From contig NC_087245.1 of NCBI RefSeq assembly GCF_037042905.1, positions 32,862,001-32,926,000 of the forward strand: a stretch of DNA of 64,000 nt, read 5' to 3'. The notes beneath the pieces are model-generated. The model saw nothing but the letters and a program-made list of their open reading frames with translations, ran no database searches and was not told the DNA's origin. The stretch comes from Lytechinus pictus. Taxonomy: Eukaryota. Position numbers and translations under genes: made by a program. Positions 24,901 through 39,900 of this stretch are shown here, one piece after another. Each line of letters opens with the position of its first letter. The stretch's first letter is position 1.

Positions 24901-27900
24901 CATTCCTTCTAAAGCCAACAATTGTTTTGTTCTCTCATGATTTCATTTTGTGACTCTGGCCTATCTTACGATCAGCTTTATGAAAACCGGTGGGTGTTTC
25001 ATAAAGCTATTCATAAAGTTACAAATGACTGGAATATGTTTTTAAAGGTACTAGGTTTGCTACACAGAAATATAACATTGAGCACAAGAATACGTGGGTG
25101 TTTCATAAAGCTGCTCGTAAGTTAAGAGCGACTTTAAAAACGACTGGTGAACCTTTCTTTTGGTAAATGGTGTACACCAGAATGTTCATTGGCGCTGGTT
25201 TAGCGCGCAAGAAAGGTTCACCAGTCGTTCATAAAGTCATTTGTAAATTACAAACAGTGTTATGACACACCCGGCTGTCCTCGGGGGAGTGTTTCATCAA
25301 AATTTTCATCCGACAAGTTGTCAGATCTGACAACTTTCTCTGATGTTGATTGGCTGAGAGGTACTGTTACTATGGTAACTGTCGGATAAAATGGGACTTG
25401 TCGGATAAAACGTGCGACAAGTCCTTTCATGAAACACTCCCCTGAACTCTACTTTATCTTTAATGGATCACTTATCCTATAACTAACCTTCCTGTTCTGG
25501 CAAGATCAAATTTGTCATCATCTTCTTCCTTGATTGCGTCACTGGGATGGATGAAGTGCTGAGATTGTCTCCTCATTTCAGATGATAGCGTCTGCTTGGG
25601 TGGTTCGATACGAATATTAGGATCCCAAGTACCTAATCAGAAAAAAATATATATTTATTAGTTTTTGTTTTCAGTTTCATTTAATCAGGTTGTCTCGTCA
25701 GATAGTATCAATATATAACTGTTGTTTGTTTTTCTTGAGTTTGTCTGGCTGTCTCATATATTATCATTATTACTATAATTATTATCACTATTATTTTTTT
25801 TATAATTATTATTAATTAATTAGTTAATTAATTAATTTGACTCACCTGGGGGTAGTACAGTGACCTGTTCTAAGAACTCATCAACACCGGCTAATAGATC
25901 TTCCCTGTCTCTTGCTTTGTAAGCTACTTCGTGGAAGACCTTAATAAAAAAATATAAACATTTTATATTCAATTAATAACATTTTGTTCGATCATTTCAT
26001 ATCTACTGCAGATAGCACCAGGTTTTACAATTCAACTCAAGAAATGAAATAGCCAATCAAGAACATTGTTGCATTTACACGTTGTTCATGGCACCAGTTA
26101 TTAGCCAATCAGATTCATCGTTTGAAAATCAGAATATATCGAGAATCTTTATGTTTTGGGGTATATAAAGTTATAGGTTTTTATAATTGCTTTACTTAGA
26201 AATAATGCACTCCCTACTCCCAGATTCTTATATTTTCTTATAATTCTTTTTTAATTCTCATTTTTTCTTCTTTAAATCTTAATTTCTTTATTAATCTCGT
26301 TCCATATTTACCTCTCCTGTGCATTCTTATTGTTTGATACCGTGAGTTTTTGCAAAGTCTGTAAAGTTGACTCTTTCCATTTTGGATTTAATTTAATGGT
26401 GGTTAATCCAAATTTTACAGCAAATAAGATAAAATAATGAATAAAATTAGTAATAATGATAGCAATAATTATTTTAATTATAATAATAGTAAAACATATA
26501 ATTTAAAGTGATAACGAAAAATAATATAAAAAACAACGTTTTGCCGCCCCATCCCGTGTAAGGTTTCCACACTTTTTTATTTAAATCTGAGACGAATTCA
26601 AACAAGCATGGTTTGCAGATTGTTAAGATTTTACCTCCAAAAGAATTATCTCAAATATAGCCGACAGAACTTCGTCAGTATTTTCTCTTTTAAACCGTAT
26701 TTGCATCAAGAGTGAAATTCATTTTAATGATAACTTACATCGTCTGTCATAAGGGTTGCCATGCAACGGCCGATTTCACGGTATTTCTTCTTATCCTTTG
26801 TAGGGGGTCCCAGCAGGAGGAAGACGAAGCGGGTCGGGATGGGCACCTCGGTGATCTCGGAGAGGATTTTGCCCTCGGAAAGGCGGATGAAGGCGACCAT
26901 GGGCTTCTCAACGAAGTCGACCTCGCCCACGAGTACATTGGAGGCCTCGGCACCGGCCGGGATCTTTCGAAGGAATTTCGCCTGGACGGAGAACAAAAGA
27001 AAATCAATAATGCTTCGGTCATATTTAGTTTACGATGACCCAGCAAACCCCCAATATCCATATCTTACATCTTCCTACACAGACACGAACTATAATAATA
27101 CGAATATCGTTCGATTTAACGGGCTTTCTTCATGCAGTAAAGACTCTATACGATTTTGTTCCGTGTTTCACAAGACATAACCGACAAGCCATCCCAATCA
27201 TGGATTTCAGCATTGATGAAAGAGGAGCAAGATTTCGAAATGTAAAATTCCGATTGATTTTCAATGGGAAAAATCTTCTCCTCGGTCGGTTTAACTTTCC
27301 CAATCATTTTAAAAGTACTGTATATCAACATTAACGCTATTGTTTTCATATTGAGAGGATAGCCCGCTTCGTATAATAAGAGCGAGTCGTCTCCTTTTTT
27401 TGTCACCCCCAAGACGCTATTTGCTTTCGGAATTGTGTGTAAATGAATTCGGATGTGTTTCAGTATTGCAGTAGGGAAATATGTTGTCTTTTGGCTAGAG
27501 TATGCAAGTAAAATTGATACAGTAATTAAAATAGTAGATACTGTATTACTGACAAAAAATATAGAAGAGGGGATAGGTTGGAGAAATTGATTTCGGAAAA
27601 AGCATTTCAATAAATTTCTCATTAATCTGATAAATATCAAAAGACAATGAAGCAACCAATATGGCTTACCTTCTCATTCTTAACTTCTTTCTCCTTCTGG
27701 TCTAGACTGTCCGATGTGCCGACCCTTCCGACAGACCCTCGGCTCTCTGTTCGGGCACCTTCGGGCATTTTCGTCAACGCATTTGCGCTCGAGTTTTTCC
27801 TCATCTCTCCTTCCTTCATTTGTGCTTCTACAAATAATACCAAAAACGATAAGTTAGTACCTCACCATTCACCATAATACTTACTGAATATGACTGACAA

Positions 27901-30900
27901 AAATGACCCAGAAATATCTCAATAACCTAAAAAGAAGTTACATTACAGCATTTTAAATCAATAAAACCTCGCACATATTTAAAGATATTGTGTTTCGAGT
28001 ACATGTAAGTTTGAACCAAATCACATTGTTTCATCTTGTTTTACTTATTTTTCGTATATATCCAATTGTACATCTTTTATTCAATTGAGACTTAAGAATA
28101 TTATCATTCACAGATTGTTTTTCTAATCACGATGACCGCTGCGGTAACAATGCGGTAATCGTGTCGCGGTAGCCACCACGCAACCGCTTCACGTACCTTG
28201 TTCCATGCTCACTGTGTTGTTTCCTGTGGACTGACTGCGGCCAATATCGGACATGCTGCGGTCCATACCGGGGAACATGCTGCTTTTCCTTCGTCCTTTA
28301 TTGTAGGCTTTGTTTTCAGGCTCCTTCTTCTTCTTCTGTTTGTGATGACGATGGCGGGTAAGGAGGGCCTCACGGGCGATGATTCGCTGGTCCTCCTCCA
28401 GCACGTTTGTGGCTACCAGATGGTCGAGTGCAAGATCTGAATAATCAAAGGGACAGCGAAAAGTGGTGATAGAGTCAAGCGGATATAAAATGTAGATTAA
28501 CACACATGAAGATGAAGGGAAACAAGGGAGGCCATTGAAAATGTGTTTTTATGTAAGATTTATCTGATTCCCAGTCTCCTTTTTGTCACCAGACCCTCGG
28601 ACCACTTATACTGCAATCTAAATAACCGCCCAGCCCCTTTTGAAAATTGTCTTCGCCCTAAAAACTAAGGCCTGGTACGGTCTCGTGAAGACGTGAATTA
28701 CTTTGCTTGACACCTGGAAACTCAATGTTCCCTAAATGGATCCATGCCCGTAGATAGGGCTATATGCCCATCATTTTTGGTCAAATTCTGAAACTATACG
28801 GAAGCTTTGGAAAACATCATGAATGGAAAAAAGGTCGGGTACGAAAAGTTAGACCAAGATCGATCTGCGCATGCTCGCTTCTACTTTCTTTGGGACTGGG
28901 CATTCGCAGGTGGATTTTTCATCTGAAATCACCGTCGTTTTTCCCTACCGAAGAATTTCGAAAAGCAACCAATAGTTATCAATTTGAAAAACTTACCAAT
29001 GATTTGTTCGAGATCCTCAGCCACCATGTTGAGTTGGACTCCACCATTTCTGATGAACTTCCGGAGTTCGAAGAGACTGTGAAGGGACAGGGTGGCAACG
29101 TGAGGTTTGCTCCATCTACCAGCGCCGTGGTCGACATTCTCTTCGTATTTCACCCATCTATCAGATCGTAAGAGAGAGAGAGAGAGATGGCGGGGAGGAA
29201 TAGGAGAGATACGAAGAGGTATCGGAAAGGGATGATGAAGGTAGAATTTTAGAGATTTCTTATAATATTTTGATATAAATAAATGTTACAAAACGTATAT
29301 TTGTGACTTCATCGAGTATGTGATTAACACAGTAAAAAATGCTCAAATTTAACAGTGTGTCCACGTAGTTGACTACATGATTATGATTCACACTATTAAA
29401 AGGCTCAGATTTAATAACATGATGCTGATTTCACACTGTTAGCAATGGGACCCTATTAACACACTGCGAACACACTGTGAACATATTGTGGGACACTGTC
29501 AACACACTATGAATACACTGTGGACACACCGTAGGGCCCTGTGAATACACTATAAAATATATGTACATATTGTGGAACACATTATGAACACACTGTGAAC
29601 ATACCGTGGCACCGTTTTTTTTTTTTTTTTTTTTTTTTACTGAGATTGTCGTAAGAGATCCTCACCTCGCCGTTTCTTTCCATTCCAGTAATCGACCCTC
29701 TTTGTCATAAAACAATTCCTCCATTTCCGAGTAGACTGGTGGTGTCTCTTTCTGATTTTCTCCTTCGCCACCCAACAAGAACTGTACACGCTGCTGTGGT
29801 GTCTCTCCAACCTCTGTCAATTTAGAAATGGCAACAGTCTTTGTGTATAACGGTTCTCATACCATAAGTCATGATATCAACTTTTATTAAGTCAGTAACA
29901 AACCAAACTTTTACACTTTGGAGGTTACAACAGCCACAGCTAAAATTGCGGTGATGATGTGTGTACTAAGAGGAACACAGCAGTCATTTTACAACGGTGT
30001 CAATATCTTGTTATTAGCTGAAAACCTATGGGTGGTATCACAACACCTTTCGTTCTTACTTTTACTCTTTTTGGTGTTTTCTTCAGTCTTAATGGTGTCA
30101 TTTTAACACCCCAAGGTTTGGTCTAGGGACTGGCGTATGTTTTAACACCCCGGTTTTACAGTGTGATATTGACTAAGTAAGAACACTGAATGGTGTACAT
30201 TCGAGACCTTTCATCAATTCAGGCTTTATGGATATCGATTAAGACGAAAGCAGAGTCTATATTATGTACAACCACCAGGCGAGCACTCCAGGAATCCCCG
30301 CACCCATTTTCAAATCAAACTGCTATATATATTTTTTTTTTCCATATATATATAAAAAAATCATGTAACAGGAAAACTATCTTCTTGATTGGCGAGAACC
30401 ATTTTTAGGGGGGCTTGTTATTTCTTTTCAGACGAAAGTGCCCCCCCCCCTCTCTCTTCAATCCTAGGTCCGCCCATATCCTGGTATTGTGTGAACCTAC
30501 CGTTCTCGAAGTTGAGTATTTGTGCAGCTGGGCTCATAGGCGAGCTGGGTCCATTGCTGACCGGGCTAGCATGCCCGTTCTGGTGGCCCTTCTTACGGTC
30601 CTTGTCAGCACCCCCAAACATTTCTTCTGATCGGTGGTCTGAAAAATACAGTAGAGAAAGAAAACGCGTGAAAGTTAAAGTTTGGCGATTAATCGTAGGC
30701 TTGATTTTTACGATTAATTGTACATTTTAATCAATGCAATCAATCGTTTAAAAAGATGTTGTACGATGATTGCTAAGCTTGGTGTTACGGTTCCGGCTTC
30801 CTGTTCCATTGATGGCCAGTCTTTATTTTTTTGAAACCTCAAATGATGTTAGATTCTCCCATGTGAACATACTATTGTGGGCTTTTAACATCAGGGATCC

Positions 30901-33900
30901 ATGTTGGGCAAACTGGAATTACATACAGTATCTACTTTTCTAAGAGCAATGTCACGTATGTTGTTAGGAACGTACATTGGTGTCCACTTGTGATTTTTTT
31001 TTTTTTTTTTTAGAATGAGAAGTGTCCGGTGTCATTTATTTTCAAAGGTTTTCATCATCCGCGTCCACAAATCCTGAGAGGAGCTGGAAGAAGCTCTATC
31101 TTTCGCACGGGTTATCAACAAGTTAACCTCCTTTATGATTTAGTTAGTCAGCGAAAATCGATATATTTTAAGTTAGGTTTTTATCTATGAGACGCTTTGT
31201 GGCCATTACTAATGGGAAGTCTTTAACTAGCGCATATCAATCTAGCCAGAATCACACCTGGATTTTGAGAGCAAGAACGTCGTAAGTACCGATTTCCAGT
31301 GTCAAATAGCCAATTGATATTTTTCTCTTTTTTTCAATTCTACATTTTTGTCTAATGCGTAAAGACTCCCTTTACATTCGTACCATGTTAGATGTTTCTG
31401 TCCTTTCTGTCAAGTTAATACGAAGATTCCACATACCACCCAGGTAATGTAATCGTTTGAAATTTAAATGGGTTAGGATACAACCAGTGTCCATTAAATT
31501 TGAATAAATTCGTTAAAATACCTAACGCTATTTGGGGGATTTGGATATATTTATGTGTGTGCAACTTCTATCTCACTCTTTCCCTATTAACATGAACATA
31601 AAAATGCATATTTGCTTGGTATTTTATATTTTTAGCACTTCATCAAATGTATACTTATCGTATCACATTGGTTTTCACTTCTCTCACGTTATCATGGTAA
31701 TGTCACTGCAGCAATGACCTATTGTATGCCAGTCCTTTTGCATCCGAACTGCACATCACTTCAGAAATGACTTTTCACACATAGAGCGTTCTGGCGCCAG
31801 CGATGTGACGCCATGATGTGAGTCACGCTTAACACTGATAACAGCCCTCCCTCACTGGCCCGGGAGAGAATCTTCAGATTGGGTTTCCTACAATTTTTTT
31901 TTCTCACTGTCTTTGAGCTGGCCCGGGAGAAAGCACAGTTTGGCGCTGAGAGATGGGACTAGGTGGCGCGTAGCTCGCACCCTTCACGCTTTCAAGGATT
32001 CGCGACAATGTTAAATTGGACAGAAAACTTTGAACAAACACTGAAGATGAGAGGAAAAGCCTGCATTAGTTGGCGTTTTGGAGAGCTGGGTACCGTAACA
32101 CAAAGGTTAGCGATTGATCGCTAATTTTAAAGAACAATTCTATTGGTTCATAGTCAGTCTACTTAGCAAGATGCGCATGCAACGAGGATCTTGATTGGTC
32201 ATTTCATTTAGCGATTAATCGCTAACCTTTGTGTTACGGCGCCCGGGTGGGTGTATCATAAAGTTGCTCGTTAGTTACGAGCGACTTTATGAGCGACTGG
32301 TGATCTTTTCTTGTGGTAGATGATACACACCAAAATTATGTTGGCATTAATATAACTGTTAAGGAATGGTCACCAGTCGTTCGTAACGTCGCTCGTTACT
32401 ATTACAGACTTCTTTATGAAACACCCCCGGTCCTGGCAGTACTGTAACAATAACCATGACTGCAAAATCAATCTCCGATTAAGAAGCAAGTAATTCCCCC
32501 TAATAGACCAGAGAAAATAGACTGTAAATGGACCAATGGGATTCAATCAGAACCAATATATCTTTCACAAATTGTATAAACACGGTGGATGGGCGGTGGC
32601 ATCCACATCATGGTATTCAGGGGAGCATTCCATGAAACATAGTACGTGGTTTTCACTGACATCTGTTAGAAGTTACTGGAATTAGTGAGTGATAATCGCT
32701 GACTAGATGTTTCATTAATCACTCTCCAGATAACTCGCCAATGTTATTAATGCACTTGTTGACACCGTCAGATCTATATTTAAAAAATCCATCTTACAAG
32801 TATCCACTTTTTGTCTCAAACTCTTGAATCAAACCCCTCTAACCAGTACGGTGCGGTGTATTTAGACATTCTGCTCTGGAGTGGAATGAATCATCCTTAG
32901 ACAGATAAAACGAATCTTCATATTTTAAGCGCGTAAGTGATCTGTTCTAAAAAATATGTTAGCTTAGATTTTTTAAACCCTTTCTTATTTCCGGATGATT
33001 TCATCCTTATCATATCTTCTCATTCGACGTACCCTTCCAACGCATATTTTCTCGTGAGGCCTATTTTGTTTGTATTATGTCTACCCATGTAGTGACAACA
33101 ACCCCACTGACGATGGAGTTATAACATGATTGTTACTTCCCGGATGAATGGTCATATTTTGGATGAAGAAGTCACATCTTCTGGGTCCCGTATAACACAA
33201 AGGTTAGCAATTAATCCTACGCTTGATTTTCACGACTGATTGTACATTGTAGCCAATGGAATCAATCATAAAAAATGTTCTACGATCACTGGTAAGCTTT
33301 GTGTTACGGGCCTCTGGTAAATTTAAAAAAAAATAAGACAGCGGTGAACATGCGTAGGAGGGAATCAATTCTTCCCTTCAGATTTTTAAAAGTTCATCTT
33401 TCCGGAAATTCTTGCTAACGAACGATGAACGACGTCTTCGAGAGAAAAAAAAAAGCATCTACTCCCACAAAGTAATGGGGTTATTTACATGTCAAGAGTA
33501 GGATAGTTCCTTACGAAGCAATTTCTTGAAAGCTTTCATCTTGATTCCCAAAACATTCTAAAAGGGAATTTGTTTCAAGCGGATGTAGACTCATCGTAGT
33601 AGCCAGCTCGGCCTAGGGATATACTTTGTTGATGAGTAGACAATCGGAATTTGGAATAGGTCCAAAAATGGAAAGACCAATCTTCTAGAGTTCTTTGCTT
33701 CATGCAAAGCTGGTATTGCAATACTGTACCATACACTTGTGAAACCACTCGACTGTCATATGCACACGTAATTGAGGCCCCTGCAAAACCTCCCCCGCCT
33801 TTCCCACTACAAGACAGTCTTTAAGTGAGCATCTAATCCCAATCAATGCTGCTGAAAAGGCGAGGAAACGTGGTTGATGAGACTTTTAATCCGAACAACA

Positions 33901-36900
33901 TGACGCAACATAGACAAGAGAAGATTTTCTGGCACCTTTCTAACAGTCATACAGGGTGCCTCGGTTGGGTACCCCTAATTCTTCATGATTTATTTCATTA
34001 TACACTAACCCCTTGTACTCTTTTACTTTCTATCACATTGTCCTACACATACATTGATGTCTCCCTTTTCTGATCTCAAAAGAAACCGATATTAGAAGCA
34101 TGGTTTTCAAAGGGCACACGAAATGTTTGGCGAAGGTTTTGCAAGGACACGAATGATCAAAAATGCAAAGTCCAACATTGATATTTTATGCGAAAAAGAA
34201 CGCAAAACGTGTGCTCTTGCAAAACCTTCGCAAAAAGCTCTTGCGCCCCGTGAAAACTGCGCTGAAAACAGCCCGCAAAAAGGCCGCGTTTTGCCTAGGC
34301 TTAAATAGTACTTTTTATGTAGGCCTACATTGAACTAATTACATTTGTCTAGTAGGAACTTAAATAGCACTATAACAAACCTCGTGAAAAGTCGTCTAGT
34401 GCGCACGACATCAACCCTTTATTACGTTCGCAAAAAGTTGGCACTGGAAAGAGGCGATTTGTATGTTTCTAAAAATGATCATTTCCCTAACCGCAACTGA
34501 TCACCCCCAACTTTGAGTTCAATCCAGGTATTTCTCTTTTGGGAACAAAAAACGAATGTTGCCTATACTTGCTCGATCTAATTTCCTGTGTCTAGTTAGC
34601 AAATTGCCTTTGCCAATATCATCATTATCCATCTCGTGCTGATCCATCTCCGAGATTTCGTTCCGTTTATGGTAAGTCGAAATTTTTCAGTCAAGTCACA
34701 GTTTTCATGATGATTAATTAAATCATGTTATTCTCATCAACCAAAAACATTGCCATCGCTGGACTCCAGAATAAAACTGATTGATAAACGATAATACAAA
34801 TCCCACAACTATCGATAAACAGACACAAAAAACGCTTTATGGGCGCGTAATTAAACTAACCATATCCCTAGTCATACCAACGAAATCGACTCTAAAACGA
34901 CGGATGGCATGCCATTCTTTAGAACATAAAACCTTTGATCGGTCTAGAGTTGGTTTCTTTGGTGTGGCTGCAGCATTGTGGATGCTGACTTTGAGTCTTC
35001 ATTTGTCAGCATGTCCATATAAGGTTACAAAGAAGACCGCTTCATTCGAAGCAACCAAGCAAAGTCATGATCCCACATGTCCATGCCCATAACTATAGAC
35101 TACCGGCAAAGGCAACCTTTACGAGAGACGGTTCAGGAAGAAAGCACATCTTCTAAACAAATCGTTTTGCCTGTTGCCAAGGGCGCACAACAAATAGAAC
35201 AACGAATTGTGAGACCAAGCTCTAGGTTGCTGCCATAACGAGGGCTTATCAATCCGGCGACCCTGGTCTGGGTTTTATGGACGTGCACCAACGTCATTTT
35301 CTCGTGACTCATAAGAAAGTCCCCGCAAACATAATTTGTTGTTTTCCTTTCATCCGTGGGCAGGGCTCGTCTTCGAGAGCCTGCACGTCCCAGAGTGATG
35401 GTCTTAGATTAATGGCATTGCTAATAAACGATGCAAAATGTTCATCTGCTGGTGAAAATAACAATTACTTCATGGCTGCTTACGTTCGATATCCCGCCAT
35501 CCCCCCCCCCCACAAACACACACATTCTGAACACTCTCCCTTTGGTGTGCAGGAGCAGAAGATGATGCCACCAGAAAACCGACCGTGCATTTCAACTCAT
35601 AAGTATCAAAAGAAAAACATAATAGCGTCATTGACATGTATTGTAACAAGTTCGGTGATGTCTGCTAGTTAATAACTGTAAATGAAATACATTTCCTAAA
35701 GACATAAACGTTAGACTTTAATCACATGAAAAACCTTGCTAATTACAACGCACAGTACTACATCATTCCCCCTGCTTTTTCTAACACTTTTTTATTTAAA
35801 GACCTTGACCAAAAGAAAACTAGAGTCGAAGAAACATGGATTACTGCGACAACTTCCTATCTGAAAGGTGTAAGTTGAGATTGCGTCAAGTTGAACCACC
35901 TCAAACACACCTTATCTTACAGGGAAATATTAGTATTCAACTCAAGAAATAATCCCCAAAAGTGAAAATCAAGATTTAGGGTGCGTTTATCCGCCACTTT
36001 TTTACCCTATAATCATGATTCCAATCATGATTCAAATCACGATTCTGCAGAATCACGATTGCGTTTAGTCGAAATTGAATATAATCATGATTAGAATCAC
36101 AAACATGAACTACGAAAAAAAGGGCGTTTGGAAAGACGTTTCTGCAGAATCACGTACGAAAATGTTCGGATAAACGATATCGTGATTTGAATCATGATTA
36201 TATGACGTCATTGTGTCGAGCTATTTCCGGTTCTTGCCAAGGCGCGCGCCCCACGTTGTCACATCACATGTACGTCGCCGACCTCCAATTAAGTGTCCAA
36301 CGTTGACCTATACTTCCTGGGTCAAACTGCGCACTGTGATGCGCACTGGATCGGTCCGAATCCGAGGAGAAACAGCGTTGGAACGAAGGTCGTCTAAACC
36401 CTGATTCTGTAGTAATTGTGATTCATGTTTGTGATTTGAATCATGATTCCAATCATGATTCAAATCACGATTCTGGCTTGAGGTCGGATAAACGCAGCCT
36501 AAGGGGAGCAAATGTCCCATTGGGACCTTTAGCACTCAACGGGTAAACCTGACACATAGTAAAAACAACGGTAGATTAACCATGTGAGTCAGTTTGCAGT
36601 TCAAAGGCATGTTTTAGCGATCTCTCCTTTTCTATGAGTCAATCTTCGGGGGGGGGGGGGCTTGGGAAATACATTAAACGGGTATAAATTGTTTGTTTTT
36701 TTGTTTAATGAAAAAATGATAGGATCTTTTGTGATAGTGCCACTGATGTGATCTCGGAAGAAATGGATGATGGTGTTTGGTGGTGTTTAACATGGGTTGT
36801 AATCACGACAGAACGCTCGATTTTCATTAAATACAAGTCATAATTTCCGTTTGAGATGTTTCTTTTTTTTTTCTTTTCAAATTTTAGATATCTAACGTAA

Positions 36901-39900
36901 TCATGCAGCTGACATTCTATAAGATTAATTATATCTTTTCAAGCTAAAATATTTAACTAGTTGGGAATGAATGCCTTCATAGGATACAAAGAAAGGTTGT
37001 TTCGTGGCATATAACACCTTTATATTATGGGTGCATGATTTTACATCAAGTGTATATATTGATATTTAGTACTGTATTTAACTAGTTGAGAGTCTACTTA
37101 ACATGCTGAAACAAAATATTGTGTGAAATCGTCATTGGCCATAAACATCGTCTCAGAGGTTTGATAATGAAATTTTGTTGCAATATAAATATTTTGATAT
37201 TCAAAGTGACATCTACAAAGACAAATCTTATTTTTAATGGTTAAAAGGAAATGAGGAAGGGGCCATGCGACATAAAATAATTAAGTAATAGATGGCATTT
37301 TCGATGCTCGGCGTACTGGGAGGTCTTACATGAGGATGTATGAACTAAATTGAGCATCGTGAGCTAATGATTATCTATCAGGGAACAGTTCTAACTCTGT
37401 TTGACCTGCTTTCTGTCATAGATTTGGAAGGAAAGCTCAAGCGCTATTGGCGGTATCCATGACCTCTGTTCCCATTCTAAAAAATTGGAGGAAATTTTAG
37501 GATTAGAATGATTAAGGTCAAAAGTTCAACTAAAAAAAAAAGAAAGGGGGTTAAAAGTTGAGCAGGAAACAAGAGCATCGTAAAGAAATTCTGGGCGGGG
37601 CGACAGATATTACTAGATAAAGGCGCCGATGTGGATTTTTTTTGAAGGACTGTTTGCAAAGGTTTGTCTCTGTTTAATGAAATCGGTTTCGACCATTTTT
37701 TTCAAAACTGCGAATATAAGTGGGATTTGCAACATGATTCAGTTATCAAACAAGATATGAACAAACATGTGACTGTTGAATTTAAATTCAAATCGTCAAT
37801 CAGAGTTATACCCTATTATATTCATTGCAATGTATCTTTCATCCTGTTCATTGTACCAAATCCATATAACTATGATAAGTTTTGATTATGTTAATATTTA
37901 TTCATATCATGACTTACAAAGCAATAATCATATCGATTGGTTTATAGATTATCGGATGGGATCGTAATGAAAGTTTCCCTCTCCCGCAATGCCTTTCTTT
38001 TCTTGCGGTAAGTTTCCAAACATGGAACAAGTATCCTAACCTCGACTGGCCTATCGCTGTTCTCTACATAATTGCATACATGGTAGATATATTGAGCTCA
38101 ACCAAAGGAAGAACCAAATAAACTTCATTCGTATATACTTTGTTGAGAAAAACCACAATAAATCTTGATCTGGGGGTACAGTTGCTTCTAGTGCAGTCAC
38201 GGGAAGACTCCAGACCTGGAATTTATTACCTGTTCTGACTTATACACTTATTGTGTGCCGACTTGATTCCCGCGTGACTCGGGTTTAGCTTCTATTTCGA
38301 GACGCTTCCTCAGATCTTGGAAGACAGCCTCAGCCTATGCAGTGAGCAGGCCTTTCTGGCTGCTGCTGCTGCTGCTGTTGCTGCGGTAAGCTTGGTTGAC
38401 TGGCTGAGTAGTGACGGTGTTTAATCTGCGCTATCTCGGGGCACATTGTCCGCCCACGACCCGTGAACACGAGTAGATGAATAGCAGGAAAGCTCAATTT
38501 AGCGGCAAGCTCTACTTGTGTGAGTAGGCTTCCGCAATAACTGCAGTAAACACCACATGACGAGGTCATAGCCAAAAGGTTACAGACAAGGTCCTACTTT
38601 GCAATCTTAAAATAGATCGAAATTATTTAAACATTCCTATTACATAACGTAATTCTTGATCATCCCTTCATCAGGATCAAGATTGGAAATTCATTGCGTG
38701 AATAGAATACACAGTACTTGAAGATACAACTATGGACAAAGAATTGCATCTGACAACATCTTTTTAAGTAGAATTCCTTAAGGGTACTTTTATAGTTTCA
38801 CTGCAGCGGACAAAAAGTTAATTTTATCCCTAAAAATCACTTTGAGGGTTTTTCCCCAATGTGGCATTTGTCTGTTTGGACTTTCGCTGATAAAATTCAA
38901 TGTTCTGTGATGGTTTCGCAAAGGATTGGATTGTGAAACAAAACGAAGCTATAACCATATTTCGTACAGATGTTACATAATTACAGCAGTATGGATGTCA
39001 TATTGACAAGAATAGAAACTACAAACAAAGCTATTTAATGCAGCATCTTTTCCCGATGACGATTATGATATGAAATTAGAATAGATTATCAAACAAATGT
39101 ATAATTTAATGTCCTCTCCTAATTACTCTCAGTATCAGGACTTATGTAGAGTCGATTACACCTGTCCAGTTGAGGTAAGCAGGCATGGTAAGAAGAAAAT
39201 GACACCAAGACCCTTCTATTTGTAGCATACATGTACCTACGCTAGAATGCTTTTTAAAAGACGTCTTACCTAGATGTATGTGATGGTGAAAGTGCCCACC
39301 TCGTACAGAATGTAAATGTCAATTCTTCAACAGCGAAAACAATCTGTGCCTTTCTTGTCAATTCATTTGATGAAGTTCACCATCAAAACAAAATAAAGCT
39401 TCATCAGTTTAATTGTAAAAAGACAACAATCCTTAACGATGGGATATGGAAAAATGCGACAAGCTACGAACGAGCATGATCGAGTCGCCACGAAGTTGTT
39501 GCGAAACTGCTGGCGGACATTATGTCAATATGCATCGCGTGTATATATTTAGAGTCAGATATGAACGTTATCATTTACAGCTATAAAACCATATGATTTT
39601 GATTTGGCCTGGTAAAAAATGCATTGTAATGCGGGCACGATAAGGTCCTAATGCTGCTCCCCTTACTACTTCTTTCTATTTAGGGCTTTATGTATCCTGT
39701 TGTGCAAATACAATAATCCTACTAAAAATGGCATCATGTCGTATCAAGGACTCGCCCTGATCCAGAGTAATCACACATCCATGTCATAACACGATTTACT
39801 TGTTTGCTTTTTTCATTTCTGTCATATCAAAGTTTGTTCCATTTTAGGAGGCCAGAGCATCATTAATAGAAGTTCACCAAACGGTCCTCACCTTACGGTG

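Noticed and set aside
27146..27655. 169-aa minus-strand ORF
   Set aside because: Intronic, AT-rich, no recognisable domain; the flanking exons join in frame without it.
22332..28440. Plus-strand ORFs at 22332, 23154, 26712, 26761, 27647 and 28198
   Set aside because: Antisense shadows of GC-rich SLC4 exons.
30973..30987. YIGVH peptide matching the SLC4 N-terminal motif
   Set aside because: Wrong strand (+) and followed by a stop two codons later; coincidence.
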